From Dehalococcoidia bacterium (GTDB lineage Bacteria > Chloroflexota > Dehalococcoidia > Bin125), in contig CAUYZA010000001.1 in NCBI GenBank assembly GCA_963577225.1, positions 1-39,918 on the forward strand: a stretch of DNA of 39,918 bases. The letters are read 5' to 3'. The notes below the pieces were generated by a model. It searched no databases. It saw only the letters and a program-made list of their open reading frames with translations, and was not told the origin of the DNA. Within the stretch, counting starts at the first letter, position 1, and each line of letters starts with the position of its first letter. Shown here piece after piece: positions 26,505 to 36,933 of this stretch. The position numbers and the translations under genes were made by a program.

Positions 26505-27229
26505 TCGGCGCTTTCGTCAATATCCCACTCGGCCTCGTAGAGATGCTGGCGGCCCGACACGCCGCGCAGTCGGCGCGCGCCACGATCAAGCCACTGACGT
26601 TCGGGGAAGTCGGACTGCACCTGGTCATGAACGGTATTCGAGAGCCAAATCTCGCCGCCGGCCGCTTTCGACATGACGCGCTCGGCCATGTTCACGGTGC
26701 GGCCCAGCACGTCGCCACCGGGGCGCAAGATCACGTCACCGCGATGGATCCCGATGCGAATGCGGACCGGCCAGTCGGTGCGACGGGTGGCCTGAGCGGC
26801 CATGCGTCGTTGGATGTCCAGCGCGCAACGTACGGCCTGCGTGGGGTCCGCGAAGACGATCAGGAAGCCATCGCCGGTGACCTTGACCTCGAATCCGGCG
26901 TGCTGCTCGATCGATTGCCGTACCAGCACGTTGTGCGCATCCACGATGTCGGCCCAGGCGAAGTCCCCGAGCCGTTCGGTCAGCTTGACGGAGTCTTCGA
27001 TGTCGGTGAAAACGACCGTGAGGGGCGTGCCAGACGCTGGGAAGAGGGCGGCGGTGAGCGCTTTGCCGTCGTTGGGACAGAAGGCCGAGTCGGGCGGTGC
27101 CTCTTCGCCACAGAAGGCGCAGATCCGCCCACCGGGCGCACCGGCGTCGGGTTCCTCCGCGAGGAGCCACGGCGGGACACTTGCGGGGCGGCCCGTCTCG
27201 AACGGGAGGTCACCCGGTCCGCTGACCAC
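26489..27229 (-). CDS. Class-III adenylate/guanylate cyclase domain protein with an N-terminal zinc ribbon
   Basis: This 246-aa ORF starts at GTG. It has CAFCGEEAPPDSAFCPNDG followed by the cyclase core LTVVFTDIEDSVKLTERLGD...KVTGDGFLIVFADPTQAVRCALDIQ...IRIGIHRGDV. Its 3' end overlaps the ftsK 3' end by 16 nt (convergent). Confidence 0.85.
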   Translation of the reverse strand: MVSGPGDLPFETGRPASVPPWLLAEEPDAGAPGGRICAFCGEEAPPDSAFCPNDGKALTAALFPASGTPLTVVFTDIEDSVKLTERLGDFAWADIVDAHNVLVRQSIEQHAGFEVKVTGDGFLIVFADPTQAVRCALDIQRRMAAQATRRTDWPVRIRIGIHRGDVILRPGGDVLGRTVNMAERVMSKAAGGEIWLSNTVHDQVQSDFPERQWLDRGARRLRGVSGRQHLYEAEWDIDESADYRPL

Positions 27230-27319
27230 TGCTCCGTTTCCTCTCTCGCTCAGCTTGTTGCCCCGCTTACTCCTCTGTGGAGGGGGACTTCCGATTGGTC
27301 CCGGCTGTCTGGGGAGACG

Positions 27320-27346
27320 AAAAAACCCACCTGCCGGAGCGGTGGG
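27320..27346 (-). terminator. Intrinsic terminator (minus strand)
   Basis: The minus strand reads CCCACC-GCUCCGGCA-GGUGGG followed by UUUUUU. On the plus strand this is the A-run at 27320-27325 and stems at 27326-27331 and 27341-27346. It is the clearest stem plus U-tract in the window. Confidence 0.6.
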
Positions 27347-27474
27347 TCAACACGAATTGCCATCGGCGTTGCGCCGACCCACGACTAAAGCAAATCTCGA
27401 TCGAAGGTGCCTGTTCGCATGACCTGACCACTTCAGTTGTGCATGACCTTGTGGGTCATCCTGGAGGCTTGGCG
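27320..27474 (-). ncRNA. Candidate orphan small RNA (about 155 nt) between the promoter candidate and the intrinsic terminator
   Basis: The unit is bounded by the promoter-like element and the terminator above. No ORF longer than 11 codons starts after the predicted TSS and stops before the terminator. Internal hairpins are GAUGACC-CACAA-GGUCAUG and UCGGCG-CAA-CGCCGA. I do not recognise it as SRP RNA, 6S RNA or tmRNA. Confidence 0.3.
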
Positions 27475-27480
27475 CGGGCG

Positions 27481-27510
27481 AGTGTATCAAGCGCTTGAAG
27501 AACCAGTCAA
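27481..27510 (-). promoter_or_regulatory. Sigma-70-like promoter candidate, TTGACT-18 nt-TACACT (minus strand)
   Basis: The minus strand reads TTGACTggttcttcaagcgcttgaTACACT: the -35 box corresponds to plus 27505-27510 and the -10 box to plus 27481-27486. It lies in a locally AT-richer island 78 nt past the uvrB stop. Confidence 0.35.
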
Positions 27511-27587
27511 AGCAAATCCTCCCCAGAGGCGAGCATGACACAGTGCGTTTACGTGCGGGACACCTGGCGGACGGAATCGTGGCCGGC

Positions 27588-29681
<2,094 letters not shown>

Positions 29682-29777
29682 TGCCGCTCCCGCATCGGGC
29701 TGCCGTGGCCGGACATCGTCCCATGATACAGGGCGGGCTAAACCGTCCCGAGTGAACTGGAAGGCAGGCGGCGGCGC

Positions 29778-30419
29778 TCAGTCGCTGGGGGCCTGCGACT
29801 CTAGGACGGCGCGCAAGATCGCTTCGAGGTCGAGGGCGGCCGGATCCTCAGCGTTGGTCATGATCGCGTCGACGAGCTCGCGCGCCTCGCCCGGGCGATA
29901 GCCGAGCCCCTGCAGCGCGGCGACGGCTTCAGCCAGGACGCGATCCGGCACGGGCGCTCGCGGCTGCAACGGTCCGACGAATTGCTCGTCGCGCAGCAGC
30001 GCTTCCTCGACCACCTTGCCGCGCAGCTCCGCCACGATCTGGCCGGCCGCGCGGGTGCCAACGCCGGGGAGCTGCTTGAGCGCCGCCTCGTCCTCGTCCT
30101 CGATCCAGCGCGCGATCGTGGAGATCGAGGTGTTGAGGGCTTTGGTCGCTTTGCCCACCCCCATGCCGCGAACCGTGATGAACTTCTTGAAGAACTCCCG
30201 CTCGATCGGGCGTAAGAAACCGACCAGGACGGGCGTGGGGTTGCGTTCGGAGGTGTGGTAGTAGGTGAACAGCTCAACCGTCTCCGAGGTCGCTTCCTCA
30301 AGCGCGCGCATGGTGAAGGCCGGCAAGGCGACCTCATAGCAGAGTGAGCCGATGTCGACCTCGATTGTGCCGGCGTCCAGGTCCCAGTGCGTGATGGTGC
30401 CACGGATGCGGGAGATCAC
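29778..30419 (-). CDS. ruvA: Holliday junction branch migration complex subunit RuvA
   Basis: This 213-aa ORF begins MISRIRGTI... and has HhH motifs (LPGVGTRAAGQIVAEL). It overlaps ruvC by 4 bp. Confidence 0.95.
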   Translation of the reverse strand: MISRIRGTITHWDLDAGTIEVDIGSLCYEVALPAFTMRALEEATSETVELFTYYHTSERNPTPVLVGFLRPIEREFFKKFITVRGMGVGKATKALNTSISTIARWIEDEDEAALKQLPGVGTRAAGQIVAELRGKVVEEALLRDEQFVGPLQPRAPVPDRVLAEAVAALQGLGYRPGEARELVDAIMTNAEDPAALDLEAILRAVLESQAPSD

Positions 30420-30940
30420 GGTGCGGTGACTCCGGCCGGGTGACGGTCGAGCAGGTAGTGGCAGTAGGCGATGGCCAGCGCATCGGTCTCGTCGAGCAGC
30501 GCGGGCGCGTCTCCGTCGAGCGCCAACTCCATCGCCAGCGCAGCAGCGACGGCTTCCTTGGTGGCGTGGCCGTCGCCGGCGATGGCCTGTTTCACTTCGC
30601 GCGGGGCGTATTCGTGGACGGGCAGGTCGTGCATGGCCGCGGCGATGAAGGCCGCGGACTGTGCCTGCCCTAGAGCGAGCGCGGAGCGCACATTCTCCTT
30701 GACGAAGGGATGTTCGACCGCCACGACGGTCGGGCTGTGCTTCTCGATCACCGCGCCGAGTTCGGTCAGGATGGTGCGCAGCCGCTGCGGCGTCGTCGCC
30801 TTCGAGTGCGGCTTCACGACTCCGGTCAGCGTGCCGACCTGGTCACCGTCGAGCACGAACAGGGCCCATCCCGTCACATGGAGGCCAGGGTCGACGCCGA
30901 GGATGCGGATACTCGTGGCGCCGGAGTCAGTGCTGGGCAT
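30416..30940 (-). CDS. ruvC: Crossover junction endodeoxyribonuclease RuvC
   Basis: This 174-aa ORF has ILGVDPGLHVTGWAL and ...DALAIAYCH. Confidence 0.95.
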   Translation of the reverse strand: MPSTDSGATSIRILGVDPGLHVTGWALFVLDGDQVGTLTGVVKPHSKATTPQRLRTILTELGAVIEKHSPTVVAVEHPFVKENVRSALALGQAQSAAFIAAAMHDLPVHEYAPREVKQAIAGDGHATKEAVAAALAMELALDGDAPALLDETDALAIAYCHYLLDRHPAGVTAP

Positions 30941-30958
30941 CGCGACTCGCAGGTCTTG

Positions 30959-31711
30959 TTATGTCTCCACCTCTGCAAAGGCCGCCTCGGGAATGTCGGC
31001 GTTGCTGGCAACGTGCTGGACGTCGTCGAGGTCTTCAAGCGAATCAATCAGCTTGAGCAAGGAGCGGGCCTTGCTCTCGTCCAATTCGACCATGGACCCC
31101 GCGCGCCACTGCACTTCGGCCGCACTGACGTGGACACCGGCGTCCTCAAGCGTCTGGCGCACCTTGTCCGTCTCGCGCGGCACCGTGATCACCTCAAGCA
31201 GGCCATCCTCGTCGACGACGTCTTCCGCCCCTGCGTCGATGGCTTGCAGGCCGATTGCGTCCGGGTCGTCGTCGGACTCCATGTCGACGCTGATGATCCC
31301 CTGCTGGTTGAAGTTCCAGGCCACACTGCCGGCCTCGGCCATGTTTCCGCCAGCTTTAGTCAAGGTAGAGCGAACCTCGGAAACCGTGCGGTTGCGGTTA
31401 TCGGTCAAGGTTTCGATCAGCAGGGCCGCGCCACCGGGGCCGTAGCCTTCGTAGCGGACCTCGTCGAAGGAATCGGCGGCGGCGGCGCTGGTCGCGCGCT
31501 CGATCGCGCGCTCGATGTTGTCGCGCGGCATGTTGGCCTGGCGGGCTTTGCTAATCGCGAGCCGCAGGGAAGAGTTGTCTTCAGGGTTCCCGCCGCCACC
31601 CTGGGCTGCGACGGTGATCTCGCGGCCGATCTTGGTGAACAGCTTGCCGCGCTTAGCGTCGTTCGCGCCCTTTTTGCGTTTGATCTGGGACCACTTGGAA
31701 TGGCCGGACAT
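30959..31711 (-). CDS. yebC: YebC/PmpR-family DNA-binding transcriptional regulator
   Basis: It begins MSGHSKWSQIKRKKGANDAKRGKLFTKIGREI from ATG 31711. The track ORF is extended 17 codons upstream of that ATG. Confidence 0.95.
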   Translation of the reverse strand: MSGHSKWSQIKRKKGANDAKRGKLFTKIGREITVAAQGGGGNPEDNSSLRLAISKARQANMPRDNIERAIERATSAAAADSFDEVRYEGYGPGGAALLIETLTDNRNRTVSEVRSTLTKAGGNMAEAGSVAWNFNQQGIISVDMESDDDPDAIGLQAIDAGAEDVVDEDGLLEVITVPRETDKVRQTLEDAGVHVSAAEVQWRAGSMVELDESKARSLLKLIDSLEDLDDVQHVASNADIPEAAFAEVET

Positions 31712-31820
31712 GGGCACTCCTGGCCGGGGGCACGCCGCGCGGCGGCCCCACAATTCCCGCACCGGGTGGCGGGCGCGATCGTATCACGGCTGCCCGACCG
31801 GCCAACGCGCCAGCGGATCG

Positions 31821-32630
31821 TCAATCGGCCGCCGGCAGCGAAAAGCCCTCGCCGAACAGCGCCAGCGCCTTGTTCATCTCGTGATGGGCCGTGAGGTCGG
31901 TGTGGATCGGCGTGACCGAGATGATGCCGTTGCGCACGGCCCAGGCATCGGTGCCCTCGCGCACGCGGGGATCGTCGCGGGACTCGATCCGGCGCCGGAT
32001 CATGCCGTGCTCGTCCTTCTCCTCCACGATGCGCTCCGTGCTGGCCTGGGCCATGCGGGTGACCTGCATCTCGGTGAGTTCTGCCAGAGGCAGATCGGGC
32101 ACGTTCACATTGAGGAACTGGCTCTGACCGGAAGCCCAGAGGGTGGCTGCGATACGTGCGCCCACGGCGGCGGCATCTGGCAGGTGCTTCTCGTCGGTGG
32201 AGGCAAGCGAGACGGCGACGGACGGCATGCTGCGATGGTGACCCTGCATGGCGGCCCCCACGGTGCCCGAGTGAATCGCATCGCGGCCCATGTTAGCGCC
32301 AGGGTTCACCCCGGCCACGATCATGTGAACCCGACGCGGCTTCGCATGCTGACGCAGGCCGATGCCGACCGCGTCGGCCGGCGTGCCATTGGCTTGGAAG
32401 GCGTCGACCCCCTCGAGCCGGCTGTGCGCACGCTCGGTCTGCAGATCGGAGTGGAGATTGAGGGCGGTGCCGGTGCCCGACTGATTGAACGCCGGGGCGC
32501 TGATCATGACGTCGGCGAAAGGAAGTAGGGCCTCGGCGAGATGCCAGAGGCCGATCGCTTCGATGCCGTCGTCGTTGGTGACGAGAATGTATGGGCGCTG
32601 AGGACGGTCGCTCGGGGGTTCGTTTGTCAT
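31821..32630 (-). CDS. surE: 5'/3'-nucleotidase SurE
   Basis: This 269-aa ORF has ILVTNDDGIEAIGL and SGTVGAA motifs. Confidence 0.95.
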   Translation of the reverse strand: MTNEPPSDRPQRPYILVTNDDGIEAIGLWHLAEALLPFADVMISAPAFNQSGTGTALNLHSDLQTERAHSRLEGVDAFQANGTPADAVGIGLRQHAKPRRVHMIVAGVNPGANMGRDAIHSGTVGAAMQGHHRSMPSVAVSLASTDEKHLPDAAAVGARIAATLWASGQSQFLNVNVPDLPLAELTEMQVTRMAQASTERIVEEKDEHGMIRRRIESRDDPRVREGTDAWAVRNGIISVTPIHTDLTAHHEMNKALALFGEGFSLPAAD

Positions 32631-32683
32631 GGCCCTAAGTTAGCGGCCCGGCCCGGGGTGCGCCCCAAGGCGGACGGGGCGCG

Positions 32684-33763
32684 TCAGCGTCGCCGGCGCC
32701 ACTCGCGGGGCGAGGGGACGCCCGCGAGTCCCTCGGCGGCATGGACACCATTCACAATCGCCTGCCCAACTGCACGAGCGCCCATCGCACCAAGCAGCGT
32801 GATCAAGCTGGGGTGGGACTCGATCTCGAGGTCGAACTGGGCCGTGGCGAGCGCGAAGATCGTGTCGCCGTCGGCAGGGGTGTGGGCGGGGCGAATGGCG
32901 CTGGAGAGGCCGTCAGCGGCCATGATCGCGAGTCGCATGGCCTGCGCTTTGCTCAGCTTGGCGTTCGTGGCGACGACGCCGATCGTCGTGTTCTGCAGTT
33001 CGGCGGTTTCAGTTTCGGCGTCGGCCCGCAGGCGCTCGCCTTCCTCGAGGTAGTCGGCGAGGGTGCGTTCGATGAGCAAATCGGCACCTCGCCGCATCTG
33101 GCCTCGACGCTTGCCACGCGGCCCGGCAAGCAAGTCACCATTGTCCGGATCGAAGACGTCGCCGACCGCATTGACGGCCACCAGCGCACCGACGACGAGA
33201 CCCGATTCGTGCCGGATCGAGGCCGTCCCAATGCCAGATTTGAGCTTGTGCTCCGGCCCAGCGAGCTTGGCCACGGTGCAGCCGGTCCCGGCACCGACGC
33301 TGCCTTGGTCCACTTTGCCGGTCTTCGCGCGTCGGGCGGCCAGGCGGCCCTGGTCGACGCCGGGATGGGCCCGGCCCGAACCCAGTCCGAGGTCGTAGAC
33401 GACGGCGCCGCTGACGATCGGGATGAGCGGGGTGTCGGCGCCGAAGCGAAAGCCGATGCCGTCGTCACGGAGCTGCTGTCGCACGCCGGAGGCGGCCTCC
33501 AGGCCGTAGGCGCTACCGCCCGTCAGCAAGACGGCGTGAACCGAGGGGATGCTGTTCTCGGGGCGCAGCAGGTCGGTGTCGATCGTGCCGGGCGCGCCGC
33601 CGGGGTTGGTATAGCCCGCAGCCGCCCCGCCATCGACGCGGACGACGGTACAGCCGGTCGCGCGGCGGCGATCGGTCCAATGCCCCACCTTGATGCCGGG
33701 AACGTCGGTGATGGCGTTGAGTGGGGGCCGGGCGGATGCAGTGGGCTTCGGCATGGCTGGCAT
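32684..33763 (-). CDS. P1-family peptidase (DmpA/L-aminopeptidase D-esterase, S58-like)
   Basis: This 359-aa ORF has NAITDVPGIKVGHWTD...GCTVV...LTGGSAYGL and the DmpA-type layout. Confidence 0.8.
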   Translation of the reverse strand: MPAMPKPTASARPPLNAITDVPGIKVGHWTDRRRATGCTVVRVDGGAAAGYTNPGGAPGTIDTDLLRPENSIPSVHAVLLTGGSAYGLEAASGVRQQLRDDGIGFRFGADTPLIPIVSGAVVYDLGLGSGRAHPGVDQGRLAARRAKTGKVDQGSVGAGTGCTVAKLAGPEHKLKSGIGTASIRHESGLVVGALVAVNAVGDVFDPDNGDLLAGPRGKRRGQMRRGADLLIERTLADYLEEGERLRADAETETAELQNTTIGVVATNAKLSKAQAMRLAIMAADGLSSAIRPAHTPADGDTIFALATAQFDLEIESHPSLITLLGAMGARAVGQAIVNGVHAAEGLAGVPSPREWRRRR

Positions 33764-33866
33764 TGTAGGCCGCTGCCGAGCTAGTCAGGTGGTGCTGTGC
33801 CGGCCCTGAGACTACGCGTCCCCGGCAAGCCGGGGCCCAAAGGGAAGCTCGTCGAGGCTTGTCGGG

Positions 33867-34190
33867 TCAGACCTCGAGCAGGCCGGTTTCGCCTTCGTGA
33901 TCGTCGTCGTCATCCAAGTCGTCGTCCGCCCCAAGACCGACGCCGATGTAGACGAGGCCGGCAATGCCGGCGAAGAGGAAAAGACCGATCACCGCGATCG
34001 GCCAGATGATCCATGGTTCGAAGCCGCCGCCGGGGGTGCTGAGATGCTGATTGCCGGCGCCAAGGTTGATCATGATGGCGTTGACGACGACAAAGAGGAT
34101 GGCGTTGACCGCCATAGCGGGCACCAGCAGAGCGGCCTTCAGCCACCACGGAGCGTCTTTCAGCCACTGCGGGATGGGGGGCATCGCCAT
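33867..34190 (-). CDS. Small hypothetical membrane protein with an acidic C-terminal tail
   Basis: This 107-aa ORF has three hydrophobic segments and the tail GADDDLDDDDDHEGETGLLEV. I recognise no family. Confidence 0.45.
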   Translation of the reverse strand: MAMPPIPQWLKDAPWWLKAALLVPAMAVNAILFVVVNAIMINLGAGNQHLSTPGGGFEPWIIWPIAVIGLFLFAGIAGLVYIGVGLGADDDLDDDDDHEGETGLLEV

Positions 34191-34328
34191 TCTCCCGACC
34201 CGGTCCGACCCCGGGTCTCCGTCACCCAGACTAGGCAGGGCCGAGAGCTGCGTCCAGCGGAGCTGGGGCGTCAGCGCGGATTCTGCTGCCCCACAACCCG
34301 CGCTCGCGGTAAGGTGCGCGAACTACCG

Positions 34329-34814
34329 ATGACGGATGCGGCGGCGAAGCGGCTCGCCGGTTGGGGGTATCGCGGCAAGATGGCGCCAGGCGACGCTCAT
34401 TACCACCGCAGCCTCAACGTGTTTTTCGACGTTGATGGCACCCTGATCACCTGGGACAACAAGATCCGCCCCTTCGTGCGCGAGGTCTTCCAGCAGATCA
34501 AAGACGACGGGCACGACATCTACATCTGGTCCGGCGTCGGCATCCGCCAGGAGGTCGTCGATCGGCACGAGCTGCAGCAGTGGATCTCGGGCCTCTACCG
34601 CAAGCCGCTCTACGACTACAAAAAGCGCCTGCCCGAGTTCACACCGATCGAGCCGGACTTCATCATCGACGACTACCCGGAGATCGTTTGGGAGATCGGT
34701 GGGGTCCAGATTCGTCCGCCGATCTGGCCGATGAACGACGACGAAGAGATGTGGCGCGTCTACGAAGAGCTGGCGAAGTACGTCGCCAAGCTGCGTGCGT
34801 CGGATCCGGGCTGA
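34329..34814 (+). CDS. Small HAD-superfamily hydrolase-like protein
   Basis: ATG 34329 lies inside the longer track ORF. HAD motif I is FFDVDGTL, motif II is IWSG, and a motif IV-like element is FIIDDY. The product is 161 aa. Confidence 0.65.
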   Translation: MTDAAAKRLAGWGYRGKMAPGDAHYHRSLNVFFDVDGTLITWDNKIRPFVREVFQQIKDDGHDIYIWSGVGIRQEVVDRHELQQWISGLYRKPLYDYKKRLPEFTPIEPDFIIDDYPEIVWEIGGVQIRPPIWPMNDDEEMWRVYEELAKYVAKLRASDPG

Positions 34815-34853
34815 GCCCAGCCGTCTGAGCGTTGCATACGCCCGCAGTGCGGT

Positions 34854-36875
34854 CTACTCGGCCGCGTCCGCCTCTTCGCCCTCCGCGTCTTCGTCGCTGG
34901 TGGACGGTTGTGGGCCAACCGGGGCGTTGGGGTCGGGCGGACGCGCGGCGAGCTCCGGTAGGACGCGGTCCGGCGGGTAGTCGGCGTGCGACTCGTCCAG
35001 CCAGAGCTTGTCGAGGTGGTGCCCGGACCAGGCGAAGTCGAATGCGGCGGGCGGGACGTGCAAGTAGGGGCGATGGAGGCCAAGTTGGATCCCGTTGGTC
35101 ACGTTCTGGACCCAGAACGCGTCATCCAGCAACAACTCCTGAATTTGGCGCGCCTGAGCGCGACGCTCGTCGGCGTGGATCGTGACCTGCATGTCCTCGA
35201 TCAGCATATCGACATCGGGATTGGCGTAGCGGCCGAAATTGTCCGCACCCTTGCTGTGGGCGGTGCGCCGAAAGTACTCCGTGGGGTCGGCGCTGCGCGG
35301 TGCCGGACCCCAGCCGAACCAGGCCGGAAGAGTGCCAGCCGCCAGCTGTTCCCGGATCGCGCCGTAGCTCAGGAAGTCCGTGTCGACGGTGAGACCCGTG
35401 TTGCGCTCGATCATGTTGGCCACGCTCTGCCCGATTCCGCTGAAGACCCCTTCGAAGAGGTCCGCCATCACGAGCGGGATGTCCTGGATTGAGCCGGGGC
35501 CGCCGGCGGCATCGATCAGTGCCGCGATCTCGGTGAGATCGTCCTCCTTGTCTGGGCGGTAGCCCGGCATCGTGAGGAGGTCCTGTTCAGGCAGGGCCCA
35601 GCCTTCAAGGAACCACGGCAGCGGGCCAGAAGGGCGTCCGTCGCCGAGGTAGATGCGTTCGATCAGCTCGAAGCGGTCGAGCGCAAGGCCGAGCGCCCGG
35701 CCCACGCGTGGATCGCTGAGCGCCTCGGTGGGGTCGTCGGAGAGTGCGAATTGGAGCTGGACGGGCGTGTCCAGCGGGATCTCGAATTGCAGATCGTCCG
35801 GGAAGTCCTCGCGTAACGATTCCACGAGATTCTTCGTCAGCGGGAAGTCGACCCGGTCGAGTTGACCGCTGCGGTAGGTCGCCTCGATCGCGGGTGTGGG
35901 GACGCGACGGATGATGATGCCGTCGGGGTAGGCGCCCTCGCCCCACCAGTTTCCGGAGCGGGCGAAGGCGACATCCGCGTTCGGGGTGAAGGCGACGGGG
36001 CGGAAGGGTCCGGTGCCGGATGAGAATTGGTACACCTCGGGCTGGTCACGCCAGCGGTCACCGAACTCGGCCGCACCTTCGGGGCTAACCATCCAGCCCC
36101 AAGGCCCGGCAATCAGCGTCGACAGCAGGGAGGCATCGGGGCCATCGGTCTTGATCGAGAGTGTCTGCTCTTCCGCCGTTTCGATCGCGCTGATCTGAAG
36201 CCAAGCGTCGCGGCGGAAGAAGAGCAGGTCTGGGTTGCCGGCGGCGTCGATCGCACTTTGCTGGCGCAGGATGTTGAAACTCGCGTCCGAGGCGGTGAAG
36301 GCGCGCCCCCCGGTGATGTCGTCGTCCCAGAAGCGAGCCTCGGGGCGGATGTTGAAGAGGTAGGTCTCGGCGTCGGGCTGTTCCGGCAGCGAGGCCAGAT
36401 CCGCCTCGAGCACGCCCTGAGAGACGGACGCGGGCCGCACCAGACGGTTGTAGATCAGGCTGAAGTAACCTTGGGTCTGCTGGAAACGCGAGCGGTGCGG
36501 ATCCCAGCGGTCATGCTCTTCCGTGACACCGAAAAGTTGGGCGATGCCGCCCTCGACGGGCTCCGTCGGCGGCGCGTCGGGGGGATCGGCGGCGGATTCG
36601 TCGCCATCGAGCGCATCGGCTTGGGATTGGTCGCCCTGGCCTGTTTGTTCGTCGCTCTGATCGTCTGTCTGATCGGATTGGTCGGCCGGCTCATCGTCAT
36701 CGTCGCCGCCGCAGCCGACCAGGGCGAGGCCCGCCGCGCCGACGCCGGCGCGCGCGCTGGCGCCCAGCCAGGCACGACGCGTGATTCGCCGCTGGAGCAA
36801 CGGACTCCAACGCACGAGGGGCGCAGGTCGCCGTGGGGACGCACTTCCGGGGAACCGGGCCGAACTCTCGCGCAT
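34854..36875 (-). CDS. ABC-transporter family-5 (peptide/nickel type) solute-binding lipoprotein with a Tat signal
   Basis: It has the Tat motif QRRITRRAWLG, the lipobox ALVGC, an acidic linker, and then an SBP_bac_5-like body. ATG 36875 is preceded by GGAGAGG; GTG 36815 is an alternative start. The track ORF (758 aa) is over-extended. Confidence 0.8.
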   Translation of the reverse strand: MRESSARFPGSASPRRPAPLVRWSPLLQRRITRRAWLGASARAGVGAAGLALVGCGGDDDDEPADQSDQTDDQSDEQTGQGDQSQADALDGDESAADPPDAPPTEPVEGGIAQLFGVTEEHDRWDPHRSRFQQTQGYFSLIYNRLVRPASVSQGVLEADLASLPEQPDAETYLFNIRPEARFWDDDITGGRAFTASDASFNILRQQSAIDAAGNPDLLFFRRDAWLQISAIETAEEQTLSIKTDGPDASLLSTLIAGPWGWMVSPEGAAEFGDRWRDQPEVYQFSSGTGPFRPVAFTPNADVAFARSGNWWGEGAYPDGIIIRRVPTPAIEATYRSGQLDRVDFPLTKNLVESLREDFPDDLQFEIPLDTPVQLQFALSDDPTEALSDPRVGRALGLALDRFELIERIYLGDGRPSGPLPWFLEGWALPEQDLLTMPGYRPDKEDDLTEIAALIDAAGGPGSIQDIPLVMADLFEGVFSGIGQSVANMIERNTGLTVDTDFLSYGAIREQLAAGTLPAWFGWGPAPRSADPTEYFRRTAHSKGADNFGRYANPDVDMLIEDMQVTIHADERRAQARQIQELLLDDAFWVQNVTNGIQLGLHRPYLHVPPAAFDFAWSGHHLDKLWLDESHADYPPDRVLPELAARPPDPNAPVGPQPSTSDEDAEGEEADAAE

Positions 36876-36933
36876 ACCTCTCCAGGGCCGCCGGATCCAG
36901 CGTATCGGATTTCGCCGTTTCGCTCGACGCGGC

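Noticed and set aside
26489-27229. The cyclase as part of a Pycsar-, CBASS- or other cyclic-nucleotide defence system.
   Set aside because: No effector gene (TM, TIR, cNMP-binding, nuclease or patatin) is adjacent. The neighbours are ftsK and uvrB. A single-gene cyclase is insufficient evidence for a defence system.
27277-27498. A 73-aa plus-strand ORF in the uvrB-cyclase spacer.
   Set aside because: It reads through the minus-strand intrinsic terminator. Its third-position GC bias collapses in the second half. It has no Shine-Dalgarno sequence and no recognisable family, so it is more likely non-coding.
36560-36720. Apparent repetitive DNA (gat/gac/cag-rich) that might be a tandem repeat.
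   Set aside because: It encodes the acidic D/E/Q-rich linker of the solute-binding lipoprotein. This is low-complexity coding sequence, not a structured DNA repeat or CRISPR-like array.
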